Below are positions 50,150 to 63,204 of a stretch of 64,000 bases of DNA, piece by piece. Each line of letters begins with the position of its first letter. Position 1 is the stretch's first letter. The stretch is from Chiloscyllium plagiosum (taxonomy: Eukaryota), in contig NC_057719.1 in assembly GCF_004010195.1 (NCBI RefSeq), forward strand, positions 20,006,480 through 20,070,479, read 5' to 3'. The notes beneath the pieces are model-generated. The model saw nothing but the letters and a program-made list of their open reading frames with translations, was not told where the DNA came from and did not search any database. Made by a program: the position numbers and the translations under genes.

Positions 50150-50890
50150 GAAGAAAAACATTCACATTTAGGCTGATAAGTGTGAATTAATATTCATGCT
50201 ATGTGAGTAAAAGCACTGACAGCCCTTCATGAGAAGTAATCTACCTGTCCCTGCTATTCAATGATAATACTATCACTGAAATCTCCCAGCATCGACAAGA
50301 GGGAGTCATTGGTGTCACCACTGACCTGGAATATAATTAAATCAGCCAAATCAGTACATTGGCTTGAAGAAAAGATCAGAAGCCAACTCACCTCTTGACT
50401 TTCAAATCTTTTCTACTATCAACAAAATCACAAGTCAGGACAATGATGGAAAATTTTCAACCAGTCTAGATTGGTGCAGCGTTAACAGCATTGAAGGCAT
50501 TTGACAACATTTAGGACAAAGCAATCCTCTTTGATTTGCATCCTTTCATCACTGTCACACTATATGTGCAATATGTAATATGTATAGTTGCTTCACTAAG
50601 GCTTCTTCAACAACAGCTCCCACACTGATGACTTCTTTCATCTAAAATGTCAAGGCAACTGATATGTGGAACACCAACATTTGCAAGTTCCCCGTCAAAT
50701 TGTACCAGATCCTGACCTGAAAATATATCACTTTTTGTTTATAGATGCTGGGCCAAAACCCTGAGACTTCCTTTCTTATAAAACTTTGAATGAACCTGCA
50801 AAGATCATTAAAGTTAATAAAGAAAAAAATGTTAGGTGGACAATAAATATGGGATTTGCAAATGATAGCCACTTGCACTGTGTGAATATA
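50150..50890 (+). mobile_element. Decayed 3' part of a CR1/L2-group LINE (family of 1-1330 and 59195-59925)
   Basis: Remnants GGCTGATAAGTG, CAAGTCAGGA..ATGATGGAA and TTGACAACAT.TAGGACAAAGCA, plus the tail GACAATAAAT. Confidence 0.6.
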
Positions 50891-51839
50891 CAATACTGCA
50901 ATTTGGTCAGAAGTACTGTTAATACCTAAGTATTAATTAATACCTAAGGCTGTCATTTAGAATATGGATGAACTATAATTATCACCATAAAATGTTAACA
51001 TTCAGAATTATGTTGGATAGAATGGTAATATAAAATAATTATGCAGGAAGGCAATGAACTACTTCACATTGTTTTATTTGGCAAACTCAGTGAAGATTCT
51101 TAGAAAGGGCATATCCAATTTTTTTCCAGTGATAACTGGTTTGCCACAATAAATAAGATTTGAAATGCTGAGAATGTTTTCATTAGTAACATTAAAGTGA
51201 CACACTTGGATCCATCAGTAGCGTGGTTCAATTGGTTATCACGAACATTTACTGTTTCATGATCTCCAGTTCTAATGATAGTGACAATCTAAACAAGCAA
51301 GTGAAAGCTAAGTTATTCATCATAGTAAAATGGGATTGAGTAAGGAACAAGTACGAGAAAGATTAATTTTGATTAGGTAACCAATTTCACTGAGTACTCT
51401 ATTCTACATGCTAAAAAAAAAACAGATTTTTAACAGCATTACAACAATACAGACATAGCCTGAGTTAAATGTAAAGAACTCAAGATGAAATATTCCAATA
51501 TTATGCTGGAGCTGCATAATGATTAGAATGTGTATCCATTCAGGTGGCATCAGAGTCCAATAGATCCCATCAGTTGATTTTTGATAAATAACTCTCATTA
51601 GAGTTAATATAATGCAAATTTCTCGTTCTCACAGTAAAAATGTCAATCACGATAAAGGTTAATGAGGTTCTCATTGATATTAGTTGGTCATTTACATGCC
51701 AGGTCTGTATATGAGTTTAAAAGCACTTTTACATTTATGTCTAAAAATATTACTGATATAAGTCTCACACGAGATTGCATAAGTCTCAAAATTCCTGCAA
51801 GGGGAACTCAAAGATGGAGGTTGAAGGAGCACCTTATCT

Positions 51840-52030
51840 AATGGGTATCTTCAAATATGTACCATGGGATCTTTTACATCCACATAGATTGCTTAGTTTA
51901 ATGCCTCATCTAAACTGGAGCTTTAACAATACAATGCTTTCTAGGTACTGCTGGAGTGTCAACCCAGCCTATTTACTCTAGTTTCTGCGGCAGGAACCTT
52001 AAACCTAAGCTTCAAGAAAAGCCTGCTAAG
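51840..52030 (-). mobile_element. DeuSINE (SacSINE1-like) fragment
   Basis: CCATGGGATCTTTTACATCCAC is the reverse of the Deu-domain-like GTGGATGTAAAAGATCCCATGG. Confidence 0.6.
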
Positions 52031-52114
52031 TACCCAGTGAAGGTATATACTTAGAAAACAGGCACAGTCTCTACATTTCCAATCAATGTGGAAATGGGAT
52101 TGTTTAAAGGGAAG

Positions 52115-52652
52115 TTGTCATGTTGCAGCTGTACAAGACATTGGTTAGGCCACTTTTGGAACATTGCATGCAAATCTGGTCGCCTTCCTATCGGAAGGAT
52201 ATTGTGAAACTTGAAAGGGTTCAGAAAAGATTTATAAGGATGTTGCCAGGGTTGGAGGATTTGAGCTATAAGGAAAGGTTGAATAGACTGGGGCTGTTTT
52301 CCCTGGACCTTATAGAGGTTTATAAAATCACGAGGGGCTTGGATAGGATAAATAGACAAAGTCTCTTCCCTCGGGTGGGGAAGTCCAGAACTAGAGGACA
52401 TAGGTTAAGGGTGAGAGGGGAAAGATATAAAAGAGACCTGAGAGGCAACCTTTTCACACGGAGGGTGGTACATGTATGGAATGAGCTGCCAGAGGAAGTT
52501 GTGGAGGCGAGTACAATCACAACATTTAAAAGGTATTTGGATGCATATATAAATAGGAAGGGTTTGGAGGGATGTGGGCTGGGTGCTGGCAGAAGGGACT
52601 AGATTGGGTTGGAATATCTGGTCGGCATGGTTGATTTGGACCGAAGCGTCCA
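52115..52652 (+). mobile_element. CR1/HER1 LINE 3' fragment
   Basis: ORF 52120-52602: LYKTLVRPLLEHCMQIWSP...RTRGHRLRVRGERYKRDLRGNLFTRRVVHVWNELP. Confidence 0.9.
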
Positions 52653-54504
52653 TGACTAAAATAAGATTGCTTTTCCAGACATTAGACAATTTCTCAAGAT
52701 TGCATGCAAGAATCAGTAAAATTATTCAGCAGATCTTTAACTACTTTTGGCATTACCCAAGAAGAGACCTGTACTAAGAGGAGAAAGAAGGAGCCTGTAT
52801 CTAATATAGTTATCTTTGTGGGAATCTCACCTCAGCCAATTTACCAACCTACAAGCGGGATCTGAGGCATGCTGTCACTGTTAGAGTGAAAGTGACCACA
52901 ACCTTCAACACTTATGTTACAGAAGCATTACAGGAAACCAGATACAAGGGTATCTGGTTATTAACAAAAATAATTTCTGTCTATTCATGCACAATGAAAA
53001 CATTTATATTGCTTTAGCTCAGTTTGATAATAGTCCCAGATATTTGAATGAAGAGGCAATATATCTGCAGAATTGTGGAGACAACTGTTTGCACCCAAGT
53101 GACATTTCCAAATCTCATCCCACATATTTATATTAAGTGCATCATTTCGAATACTTAACTATTTAATTCATTTCCAACTAAAGACTCTATCCTATGGAAC
53201 TATTCATAACAAAGGCAGCAAGAGGCAGGATGGCTACTGGATAGCAAGAAACACCTGTTACTTATATATCTTAACTCTTTTGTGTACAGATATCAGTTCT
53301 ACAGAAGAGTCTTTGTGAGAATCACTGGGAATTGCAGTCAAGTAGACCATTGCGATGCTAATGGGAAACTTTCTGTATCTGGATAGGTGCCAGGCTTTGA
53401 TGTCAAATGTGTGAGGCATTGTTTTAATGAATTGAATTAATATGTCACCTCTTACATTACTTAGCAATCAGAACAGGACTAATGATCAATATCTCAGATT
53501 ATTCAAGAGATGTTAGTAGTCATTCATCTGTTGTTGACAACCAGCCGGAATAGAACATGAAACGTGTCCATGTTAAGTCTAAAGGCTGTTAACTCGAATT
53601 CTAGGGTCTGAAAATTGTTGGCTGCAAAGATCATGAATGCATTGGTCCTAAACTTCCAGAATTCTTTAAATTCTGAAGGATCCCAGTGCATTGGAAAATG
53701 GCTAATTCAACACCTTTATTCAAGAAAGGAATGAAGCAGAAAGCAAGAGAATGTAACCCAGTTAGTCTAACACTTGTCAAAATGAACATGCGAGAATCCA
53801 TCATAAAGGAGGTTATAGTGAGGTGTCAGAATTTTAAGTCTCCCCTTCAAAAGACTTTTTTCTCACTTTAAAACTGTTTCCATTTTAATCGACTCTCCTC
53901 AATTCAAGTACCATCTCTGATTTTAGATCATTACACAGTTTGACAAGAGAACAGCAGTAGGTTGTTCGGCCCCTTGAGTGTGTTCCACCATTCAATAAGA
54001 TCATAGCCAATCTGACATTCCTCACGTGAACTTTCCTGCCTGTTCCTCATAACCCTTGATGCCCCTACTTACTAAGAACTTATCTATCTCAGCCTTAATT
54101 ATACACAAGTACTCTGCCCTGCAGCTCTACATAGCAAACTCATTACCCTCTGAGAGAAGAAATCCCTTCCCATCTTAGTCTTAAATTCACTTACCTTAAT
54201 TCTGAGACTGTGCCCTCTGGTACTAGACTTTCCCATGATGGGAAACATCCTCTCAGCATTTACCCTGTCAAGCCCCTTAAAAATTCTATATGTCTTAATG
54301 AAATCATCTCCTATTCTCCTAAACTGCAATGAGTAGAGTCCAAACTATAATCTTTGCTTGTAAAACAATCCCTCCATACCAGGGATTATCCTTAGGAACC
54401 ATCTCTGAGATGCCTCCAATGAAATAATGTATTTTCTTAAACAGGTGAGCTTCAACAGTCATAAAACTCCATGTGTGGTCTCAGTACAGTTTCAGTAAGA
54501 CTTA

Positions 54505-55088
54505 GGTAAAAACAATGACTGCAGATGCTGGAAACCAGATTCTGGATCAGTGGTGCTGGAAGAGCACAGCAATTCAGGCAGCATCCGAGGACAGGCAAAA
54601 TCGACGTTTTGGGCAAAAGCCCTTCATCAGGAATAAAGGCAGAAAGCCTGAAACATGGAGAGATAAGCTAGAGGAGGGTGGGGGTGGGGAGAGAGTAGCA
54701 TAGAGTACAATAGGTCAGTGGGGGAGGAGATGAAGGTGATAGGTCAGGGAGGAGAGGGTGGAGTGGATAGGTGGAAAAGGAGTTGGGCAGGTCGGACAAG
54801 TCCGGACAAGACAAGGGGACAGTGTTGAGCTGGAGGTTAGAAACTAGGATGAGGTGGGGGAAGGGGAAATGGGGAAGCTGTTGAAGTCCACATTGATGCC
54901 CTGGGGTTGAAGTGTCCCGAGGCGGAAGATGAGGCCTCAGCGACAGGCCACTATAAATACCGGAGGAAACACCACAGAAGCGCTTCACAGGAGGCTCCCA
55001 AGCACTGAGGATGTCACCTAGACAGGGGACGAAACGTTTGCAACAAAAACTTCCAGCTCGGCGAACAGAACCACAGCAACAAGTACCC
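54505..55088. mobile_element. Fusion of PLE family A (-) and family B (+) terminal pieces, each with a hammerhead motif
   Basis: Family A core on - at ~54600-54635 (CTGATGA-AGGGC-TTTT-GCCC-AAAAC-GTC). Family B begins at ~54936. Confidence 0.8.
55002..55041 (+). ncRNA. Minimal hammerhead motif (family B), GUU site
   Basis: GCA-CTGAGGA-TGTCACCT-AGAC-AGGGGAC-GAAAC-GTT-TGC. Confidence 0.75.
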
Positions 55089-57181
55089 ACAGCTCTGTTA
55101 CAGCTTTATGCAATTTTTCATTTAAGTAATGCACTGTTCTTTAGTTTTCCCTTTCATGATGAACAACTTCACACTCTCCCACATTATATTCCATTTGCCA
55201 ACATTTTGCCCACTTACCTAATCTGTCAACATCTCGCTGTGAACTGTGTATATCCCTCTCGTAACTTGCCTTTCTACCTATTTTTGTGTCATGTGCAAAT
55301 TTGGCTACAGTACATTTGTTTCCTTCCTCCAAATCATTAACACATATTGTAAATAGTGAAATCCCCCTGGCACTGATCCCTGTGGAACCCCACTGGTCAA
55401 GGATCACTAACCTGAAAAAGAAGTCCTTATCCTAACTCACTGTTTTCTGCCCATTAGCCAATTCTCTATCTATGCCACCATACTACCTCCAATACTATAG
55501 GGTCTCTTGACTTAACTTTTTTGTGAGGTATCTTCTAATTCATTTAAAATGAGAAGGGGAAAGTTCAAAGGATATATGAGGGGCTCATTCTTAACACAGA
55601 GAGTGACAGAAGTCTGGAATGTGCTGCCAAAGATGGTGGTGGAGATAGATACAACAGGGATATTTAAGGGACTTGTAGATAAGTATATGAATATGCAAGG
55701 AATGGAGGGATATGGACCTAGGGCAGGTAGAAAGGATGAGTTTAACTTGGTGTCATATTTGACACAACATTTAGGCCGAAGGACCCATTCCTGTGTTGTA
55801 CTGTACAATATGCTATGTTCTAACACATTGACTGGATCCCCTCTATCCATTCGGGTTGAGACATCCAATCAATTAATAGCAATCAATTTCCCTTTAATGA
55901 AGCTATGCTGACTCTGCTTGGTTAGATTATGATTTTTCACTTTAGCATCCTGTTGTTCTAGTTGAATCACATGTCATTACATGCCTCACATCGTTACATC
56001 AGCAAGTCCCTGAATGTGCTGCTGGAGCTGGTGAGATTGTGTCCACACTCCACAGGTGAAAATAAAATTCATTTTTAATCATTTTTTTTGACATTTCTCT
56101 TTGTTTGAACTTAAACCAGTAGAGGAATCATTGTGGACCTAGAATCATAGAGTTATTCAAATTAATTTTTCAAAATTATTCCCTGCTGAATTGCACTTTA
56201 CCTGCACAATTGGTGAGGAATTGGTTCTGTACCTGCACTGTAAATCCTGTTAAAGCCTTCTCTGCAAGCAAGAAGCTTGTTTTCTTCACTGAAACTTTTC
56301 TTAATTTGTTTTAGCTCTAAATGCACAGTACTGCACATATGTGGCGTGGTAATTCTTAAGACACCCCAAGGATGAAAGAAGTTGTAATAGACAAGAATTG
56401 CTCATCTTTCACAACTGACTGACTCGTTGAGTGCGGATAGCATCAGATGTCACAGATCCTTGAACCGTGATATTGATGATTGCAACCAAGCGTGCAAAAA
56501 CATGGAAAGTAAAACTTTTATTCTGTAACAGAAAAGTTGAACGGCTGAAGAAATAACAAAGTCTACATGTCCTCTGTACCAAGGAGGGGCTGCAGAATGT
56601 TAAACAGTTAAATCTAGTCCAAAGCCAGTTCATTCATCCGAGAAGTGGGTTTCAATTAGATTTTCTCTGGTTTCTCACACTCGACAATGCAATGCTCTAT
56701 CCTTGTCTTTTAGAAGACCCTCCCGGTCAATATCCTGATCCTCATTCTATTGGTTGTCCATTTCTTCTGCATCCAGGGCATTTTGCCCTTTACCAGCTCA
56801 AGGGGAGATGGGCACAGTATGCCACGGTGATGTTACACACCCTTGCAAGGCTACATTGTAAGGGTCCATCAGAATGAACCATGCATCAAAACCTCTTCTT
56901 CCAAGGATTCATGGTCTTTTCCACTATGGACCCCAGTGGAAACATCAGCAAGATGCAGTTTCATTCTGTTTCAGTCTGAAGGTCCCATAAAATTTTCATC
57001 AGGCATGTTTGGAGGAGGTAGCTATAGTCTCCCAGCAGCCACCTCTGTAAAGTGCAAGGATATTGATATGAGGCAGGAACCTATGAATTCTCTCTTGTGC
57101 ATGTGCCATGGCAGCCCCTAGAATATTTAGTGTAAATTTCTAACTGTGGTGTCAATTTTCAAGATATGTTGTACATGATGG

Positions 57182-57737
57182 TGTTATGGACCAGGCCAGA
57201 CCCTCTTAAACATTCAAGAAGGTAGCCCAGACCTTAACTTTTCTAAGTGAATATTCCAGGAGTAATGCAGCTGGCACAACCATTCAGTTTTAAACAAAAC
57301 CGAATTTATTTATATACGAACAAAAGAGAACACAGTACAGAAAAACATAACTTATCTGAAAACCCAATTGATTATCGCAACTTAATGATGCTGTTCCAAA
57401 TACTTGCAACATACCATAAACAACCCCTTGACAAGAAAAAAGGTAAAATCAAACACAGGGTCTTATAGGAGAGATATCAGAGAGAGAGAGAGAGGGTTAG
57501 CATGGAACTGTTTCTTTAACCAGCAGCCTCATAACTGACAGCTTGCTAAAACCAAACCAACCAAATCCTGAACTGGGAGAACTGGCTACTCCCCTTTCAT
57601 TGTACAAGTGTTTTAAAAGAAACACTAAAAACATTCTCAGGTAGATATTTTCAGACATATTGGAATCTCTGCCTTTATGAACCCTCTGAAAAAAAACAAG
57701 GATAATCTAACCTCGTTAAAGGAGCAGCATCGTTGCA
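57182..57737. mobile_element. Solo LTR (Gypsy-type 4-bp TSD)
   Basis: TG...CA termini flanked by ATGG at 57178-57181 and 57738-57741. Confidence 0.65.
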
Positions 57738-57749
57738 ATGGAGTTGCAG

Positions 57750-58027
57750 TCTTTTCTGTGATGAAGTCTACAGGTTGATATGAGAAAGCACTTCTACAGA
57801 CGAACGGTAGTAAATGTTTAGAACTCACTTCCACAAATGACTGTGGATGTTGGATCATTTGTTAATTTTGAATCTGTGATAGATCACTTCTTATGAGGCA
57901 AAGGTATTAAGGGATATGGGTTAAAGGCAGGTTTATGGAGTTAGACCAGAGATCAGCCATGATCTCATTGAATAGCAGGACAGGCTCAAGGGGCTGAATG
58001 GCCGACTCCTATTCCTATGTTCCTATG
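57750..58027 (+). mobile_element. CR1 3' fragment
   Basis: GATCAGCCATGATCTCATTGAAT...GGGCTGAATGGCC.ACTCCT.TTCCTATG tail. Confidence 0.75.
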
Positions 58028-58802
58028 ACAGGGTAAAAAGCAAGGTGGGTATAGTCTACAGTACCCTGGACCTGGGGAGGGTTGAAGGCGGAAGACAGTA
58101 ATGATGTAATATTCCACTGCCCAAGCCCCTCCAATCTTCACATCCTAGGAGAAGGATATGAGCAGTGGTGATCTGAAGAAAATGTTTGCACTGGCATCCT
58201 GAATGTATTGATAGGTTGAGGACTTGCAGATGCCATTCAGGTCCTCAGTTATTTAGGGTGTAGAACCTCAACCTCAACCTGAGCTACAAACCTTCACAAA
58301 CCTTCCTCAGTTATTATTTTAAGTGAGTTGCTGAGATAAAAAAAAAAATCAAGGCAACTCTAATCTTGACATCTACTGTGATGAGGTGGCTGTTCCATCC
58401 TTCTGAGTGCAGTCCTTATCAACAGATGATACAATTTTGGTGAGAATCGCTTTACGTAGATTATTATCACTGGTTTCAGCAAAGAGAGAATGTAAAGCTA
58501 ACAAGGGCATGACAATTCACAAATCCATGAGCTTTGTTGCTAAACTGAGCTCATTAATGATTATATAAAAGGTGCTGAACGAAAATGGAAGGGGAGGGGG
58601 TGAAAGATAGTCAAGGACAATGTCACAAAAGGGATCGTGAGTATGAGAGTCCGTGAGTCACTCATGAGAACACACAGTTGAAACATTGGCATCTTCAATC
58701 CACTACACAATGATGAAGTGTTGTCACTGCATGCAAAGTAGTGGAGTAAGTTACTTATCTTTCTTTGGGGGCAGAATAAAATCATTTTAATGTGATTCAC
58801 TT

Positions 58803-59070
58803 AGAATCATAGAACCATTGAATCATACAGTACAAAAGAAGTCCTTCGGCCCGTTAATTCAGTACCACTAAAAATATCGTAGTCCCACTTTCCTGCAGTA
58901 GGTCCATGGGCTTGAATATTATGACATCTGAAGTGCTTGTCCAAGTACTTTTTAAAGATTGTGAGATTTTCTACTACAACTTTCTTCCAGACCCCCACCA
59001 CTCACTGGTGAAAAGGTTTTTCATCAAATCCCCTGTAAACCTCCTGACTTTCACTTTGAAATTATGCAGA
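58803..59070 (-). mobile_element. CR1 3' fragment
   Basis: FKKYLDKH remnant with the CATAGAA..CCTTCGGCCC tail. Confidence 0.7.
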
Positions 59071-59194
59071 AGGATGCCCCTTCAAGAGGAAATTGGATTA
59101 ATATTGCATTCACTGATCGAGAAACACTACGCTTGATTACTTGATTAGCATTTACTAAAAATGCACTTTGAAAATTATTGCCTCAGGCAGATCA

Positions 59195-59925
59195 AATCTA
59201 AACTCTGCAGTCCTGCCACGACCAGTCAGGAATGGTGGTGGACAATTAAACAACACATTGGAGGAGGAGTTTCAAAAATATCTCCACCCTCAATGAGGTA
59301 AGAACCCAACATATCAGCCCAAAAGATAAGGCTGAAAAAATTACAGCAAACGTCAGCCAGAAGTACCGAGTGAATAATCCACTTTGGCCTCCTGCAAGCA
59401 TTTCAGATGCCAGTCTTCGGCAAATTCGATTCATTCCACATGATATCAAAAAACAATTGGAGGCACTGGATACTGCAAAGGCTCTGGGTCCTGACAACAT
59501 TCTCGCAATGGTACTGAAGACTTGTGCTCCAGAACTTGCTGCTGCACGAGCCAAACTTTTCCAATACAGTTACAACTCTGGAATCAACCTGACAATATAG
59601 AAAATTGCCCAGATATGTCCTGGACATAAAAAGCAGGACAAATCCAACCCAGCTAATTACTGCCCCATCTGTCTACTCTCGATCATCAGTAAAGTGATCG
59701 AAGGTGTTATCAACAGTGCTCTCACGCAGCATTTGCTCAGCAATAACCTGCTCAGTGGTGCCCAATGTTTTGGGGTTCTGACCTCATTACAGCCTTGGTT
59801 CAAGCACGGACAGAGAGCTGAATCCCAGAGGTGGGGTGAGAGTGACAGCCCTTGACATTAAGGTTACATTCGACTGAGTGTGACATTGAGGAGCATGGCA
59901 AAACTGGAATCAACGGGGATCGGGC
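59195..59925 (+). mobile_element. CR1/L2-group LINE RT fragment
   Basis: IKKQLEALDTAKALGPDNILAMVLKTCAPELAA..AKLFQYSY...HKKQDKSNPANYCPICLLSIISKV. Confidence 0.85.
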
Positions 59926-61974
59926 ACAATGACGCAGTCCATCCACAGATCTGAGTTATCTGTTTTCTCCAGAATTCTTGGACTTCTCCCAGATAAGTTC
60001 CATGATCATTATTGAGCAAGCTTCTATAGAAATATCAGGAAATTTGTCCTCAGTTTGAGGATTCTGATCTTTTTCATTCTGATCTTGCTTTCCCAAATTT
60101 TCCACCATTATGCTAGCACTTTCAGGAGGAGAGGTACTGTTCTTGGATAGCAATAAGGTTTATTGCATGATAGTAATAAGTACGACTACATTTGATCTGG
60201 CAAGTTATTGAGACATTAGGGAGCCAGTACAGATACATCTGATCCCTTCAAATCTCCTTTCGCTGAATCTTACAGTGTCATTTCTTGCTAAGTTTCATGG
60301 CATGCGCCATCCCATAAGCTTTAGTGAGTTTGCTCAAGCTACCTTCTTAAACCTGCCTCATGAAGTACATATCCCACTCATTATATTCTCCCATTCACCA
60401 TAGACAGAAGTGCTGACCACACGGGCAGTGAGCAAATGACAGCCCATTTTGCCACAAGGACCTGGAGATCCTGGTGGACAGGGAGTGCATGCAGTCACTG
60501 ACCATAGAGAGTGCCCTGAAATGTCAGTGACTGATGGAGGTCCTGAGGAGTAAGTGGTGAGCGGTATGTACCTGGCTACTGTTCTAACTTTCATGTTGTG
60601 AATTGTCATCATCTGGCTTATATCTGGTGGGCAGGAGAATGAGAAACTGCATTCCAATGAGATGAGATGACATTTAAGATTTAATATAATAAATGTAAGA
60701 TGTGGAGGTTAATTCCCAGTTTTAAATGGTAGGTAGCAACAAGTCATATATTAATATTCTTCTAAATGTAGATGGTTGACTCTCCTAATGAGTGCAACAA
60801 TATGCATTGACCTTTGATAAAAATTAAAAAGGACCGTGAACAGTTAGCAGGTCAGGCAGCATCTATGATAAGAGTAAGATAGGTGTAATAATTCAATTCA
60901 GGAACATGAGGCTTGAAGAAATTCTAAATGCGACAAAAACATTTTTAAAAATTACATAAAATTAAGCAAACAAAACTTCAAATGTCACAAGTTCAAACTG
61001 ATTTTATTTTGTATAACTGATAATAATGGCCGGCTGGGGATACATTTGTATCAGAAGACAGTGGAGTGTACCTATTTTAAAACTACCTAAAACATTAGTA
61101 AACCTGTAACTGTATGCATAGTGATTACATTCAATATTTAACATGCTGGCAGTATATATGGAAACACAGGCAGTTCTGTGGTAGAGAGAGCTTTTCAATG
61201 ATACAATGCACTGTCACCTGGAAAAGCTGTAGCTGGGTTGGGGGGTGGGACTATTAAAGTGCCCACTGATCTAACAAGGCCACAACTAATGTATCAGAGT
61301 CATAACAATCCTCCCTAATGTCATTGCCATTAACATTTGACTTATAGAGAGGACAAAGATGCAATTCGTATTATCAATTGTAAATTTTGCATATTCCAAA
61401 CGATGTTTCTTTACTTAAATCATGTGTGCATTACAGTTTTTCAGGAAGGATAATTGAAATGATGTGATTGAACTTAAAGTGCTGTAAGATCTCTGCTGGC
61501 CAATACCCTCAGGTAAACTCATATATGGACATACTGATACTCACCTTTACCCTCATTTTCTTACCTTGACTGACCGTCCTCAAATGTCCTTACCAGAGCA
61601 CCCAGGAGATTAAACCCTGACCACCTTATTAATTTAAGACCCCAACTGCATCCTTTGTCCATCCTGGGATCTCCCTCACACTCCTCAATATTCTAGAGTC
61701 TACTTCACCCACATTCCCCCTCATTCTTTTGGTTCTCAGCCTTAATGCAGGGTGCCACTCTCCTGCTCCCCCACTACCATCACCCCCTTGTACCACAGAG
61801 TTTAGAAAGGGAAGTCATTGGCCAGAAACACAAAGCTGACTGATGCACAGCTCGATTAAACAAATATGATCTGTGTGCAACAAGATTTTCGTGTGCCACT
61901 GATGTTTCCTTGTCTTAGGACATAATTAGGACATAATTTTAAAACAAAAGAATTTACCTAAATGGCATTCATAG

Positions 61975-62658
61975 CATAGAATCCTCACAGTGCAGAAAGA
62001 GGTCATTCAGCCCAGTCAGTCCGTACCAAATCTCCAAAGAATATCCTACCCCTACTAAACCTCCCATCCTATCCTGTAAGCCAGCATTTTACTTCACATC
62101 CCTAGACACTATGGCCAATTTACCATGGAAAACCCACCTAACTTGCATATCTTTAGACATTGGGAGGAAACCGGAGCATCCAGCAGAAACCCACGAGGAT
62201 TATCTACATTCCCATGCATTATCTATAGTGAGGACAATGGTATTGCAAGAGCTTTCAGAAACATCCCAGGCATAACTCTTCTCAATTAAATGTCCTAAGA
62301 CTTGGTCCTGGTGGCCATGTGGGACGATTCTACATCTGACAGAGAGTGCCTTCCATAAGCTGGATGATCTGTATTTAACTTGGTACAAACACTCCAAATT
62401 GAAAATTGGATATCACCTTCCTATTCTCAGAATGATACATGCAGATCTGAGTTGAATCATGAAGAGTCCAGTAATCTAGAAGGTTCTTCATCTTTGTCCT
62501 CCAAACAAAAAGATTTGAGTGCAAAATTCTTAAGAACACACTAAAGTAATTGAAGATTACAGAGAATATACAAACTCCACACAAACAGTCACCCAAAACC
62601 AGAACTGAACCTGGGACTCTGAGGCAGCAGTGCTAAGCGCTGAGCCATCATGCTATCC
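61975..62658 (-). mobile_element. HE1 SINE split by an RPL4 fragment (SINE parts 61975-62195 and 62559-62658)
   Basis: The left part ends in GAAACCCACG. The right part resumes with GAGAATATACAAACTCCAC and runs to the tRNA head. Confidence 0.8.
62212..62558 (+). pseudogene. RPL4: Fragment of a processed-type pseudogene of 60S ribosomal protein L4
   Basis: With frameshifts it translates as [25 protein letters not shown] / [16 protein letters not shown] / [39 protein letters not shown] / NKKI..KNTLK. This is collinear with vertebrate RPL4 ([48 protein letters not shown]). Confidence 0.92.
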
Positions 62659-63204
62659 TATTATATTAAAAGACAGCAATTGATGTCTGTTGTCATGGCT
62701 ACTGCCACATTGATGAGCTTTATATTTCAGATTTATGAACTGAATGTAAATTCTAATCACTGCCAGGGAGGGATTCTGAACCCATGTCCTCAGTGCATTT
62801 ATCTTACATTACTAATCCAGTGATATTACCACTGTGCCACCATATCTCCACACAATGCAAATATTTTAAAAATATGAATGCACCACAGGCCAGACTGAGT
62901 GCTGACATCCCACAATCATATCACGGCTTTTATCTCTGCATCACGACCCACCATTACAAAAATTGAAATCTTGCATCCTGCCTAATGCAGTCACCCTGCC
63001 ATCATCACTCTTGCAAAACAAAACAGCAAAATCTTGTTAACAACATCCCAACGTCCAACACATCTCTGCATGGATATGGCCACATGACATGAAATACTTA
63101 ATCTTTCTGAATGAATTTGAAGAGGTAATTACACAGGTACAACTTTGAAATCTATTCAAAGTCACCACAAAATTGATAAATCGATAAAAATAGCACTCTT
63201 TATA

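Larger units (their letters stand above)
53600..55940. mobile_element. Cluster of CR1 fragments (+53600-53820, -53945-54500, -55085-55530, +55548-55820, -55820-55940)
   Basis: WKMANSTPLFKKG; TRGHSLRIK; VAKFAHDTKIG...WQMEYNVGEC; FLTQRVTEVWNVLP. Confidence 0.8.

Noticed and set aside
56418..56528. EGF-like peptide LSADSIRC...DIDDCNQACKN on +
   Set aside because: Cysteine spacing is incomplete, the frame is bounded by stops and there are no convincing splice sites. Probably chance.
59956..60657. Minus-strand ORFs (65 and 99 aa, including CTPCPPGSPGPC) as exons
   Set aside because: No recognisable domain or exon structure. Part of the opposite strand looks like a transposon remnant.
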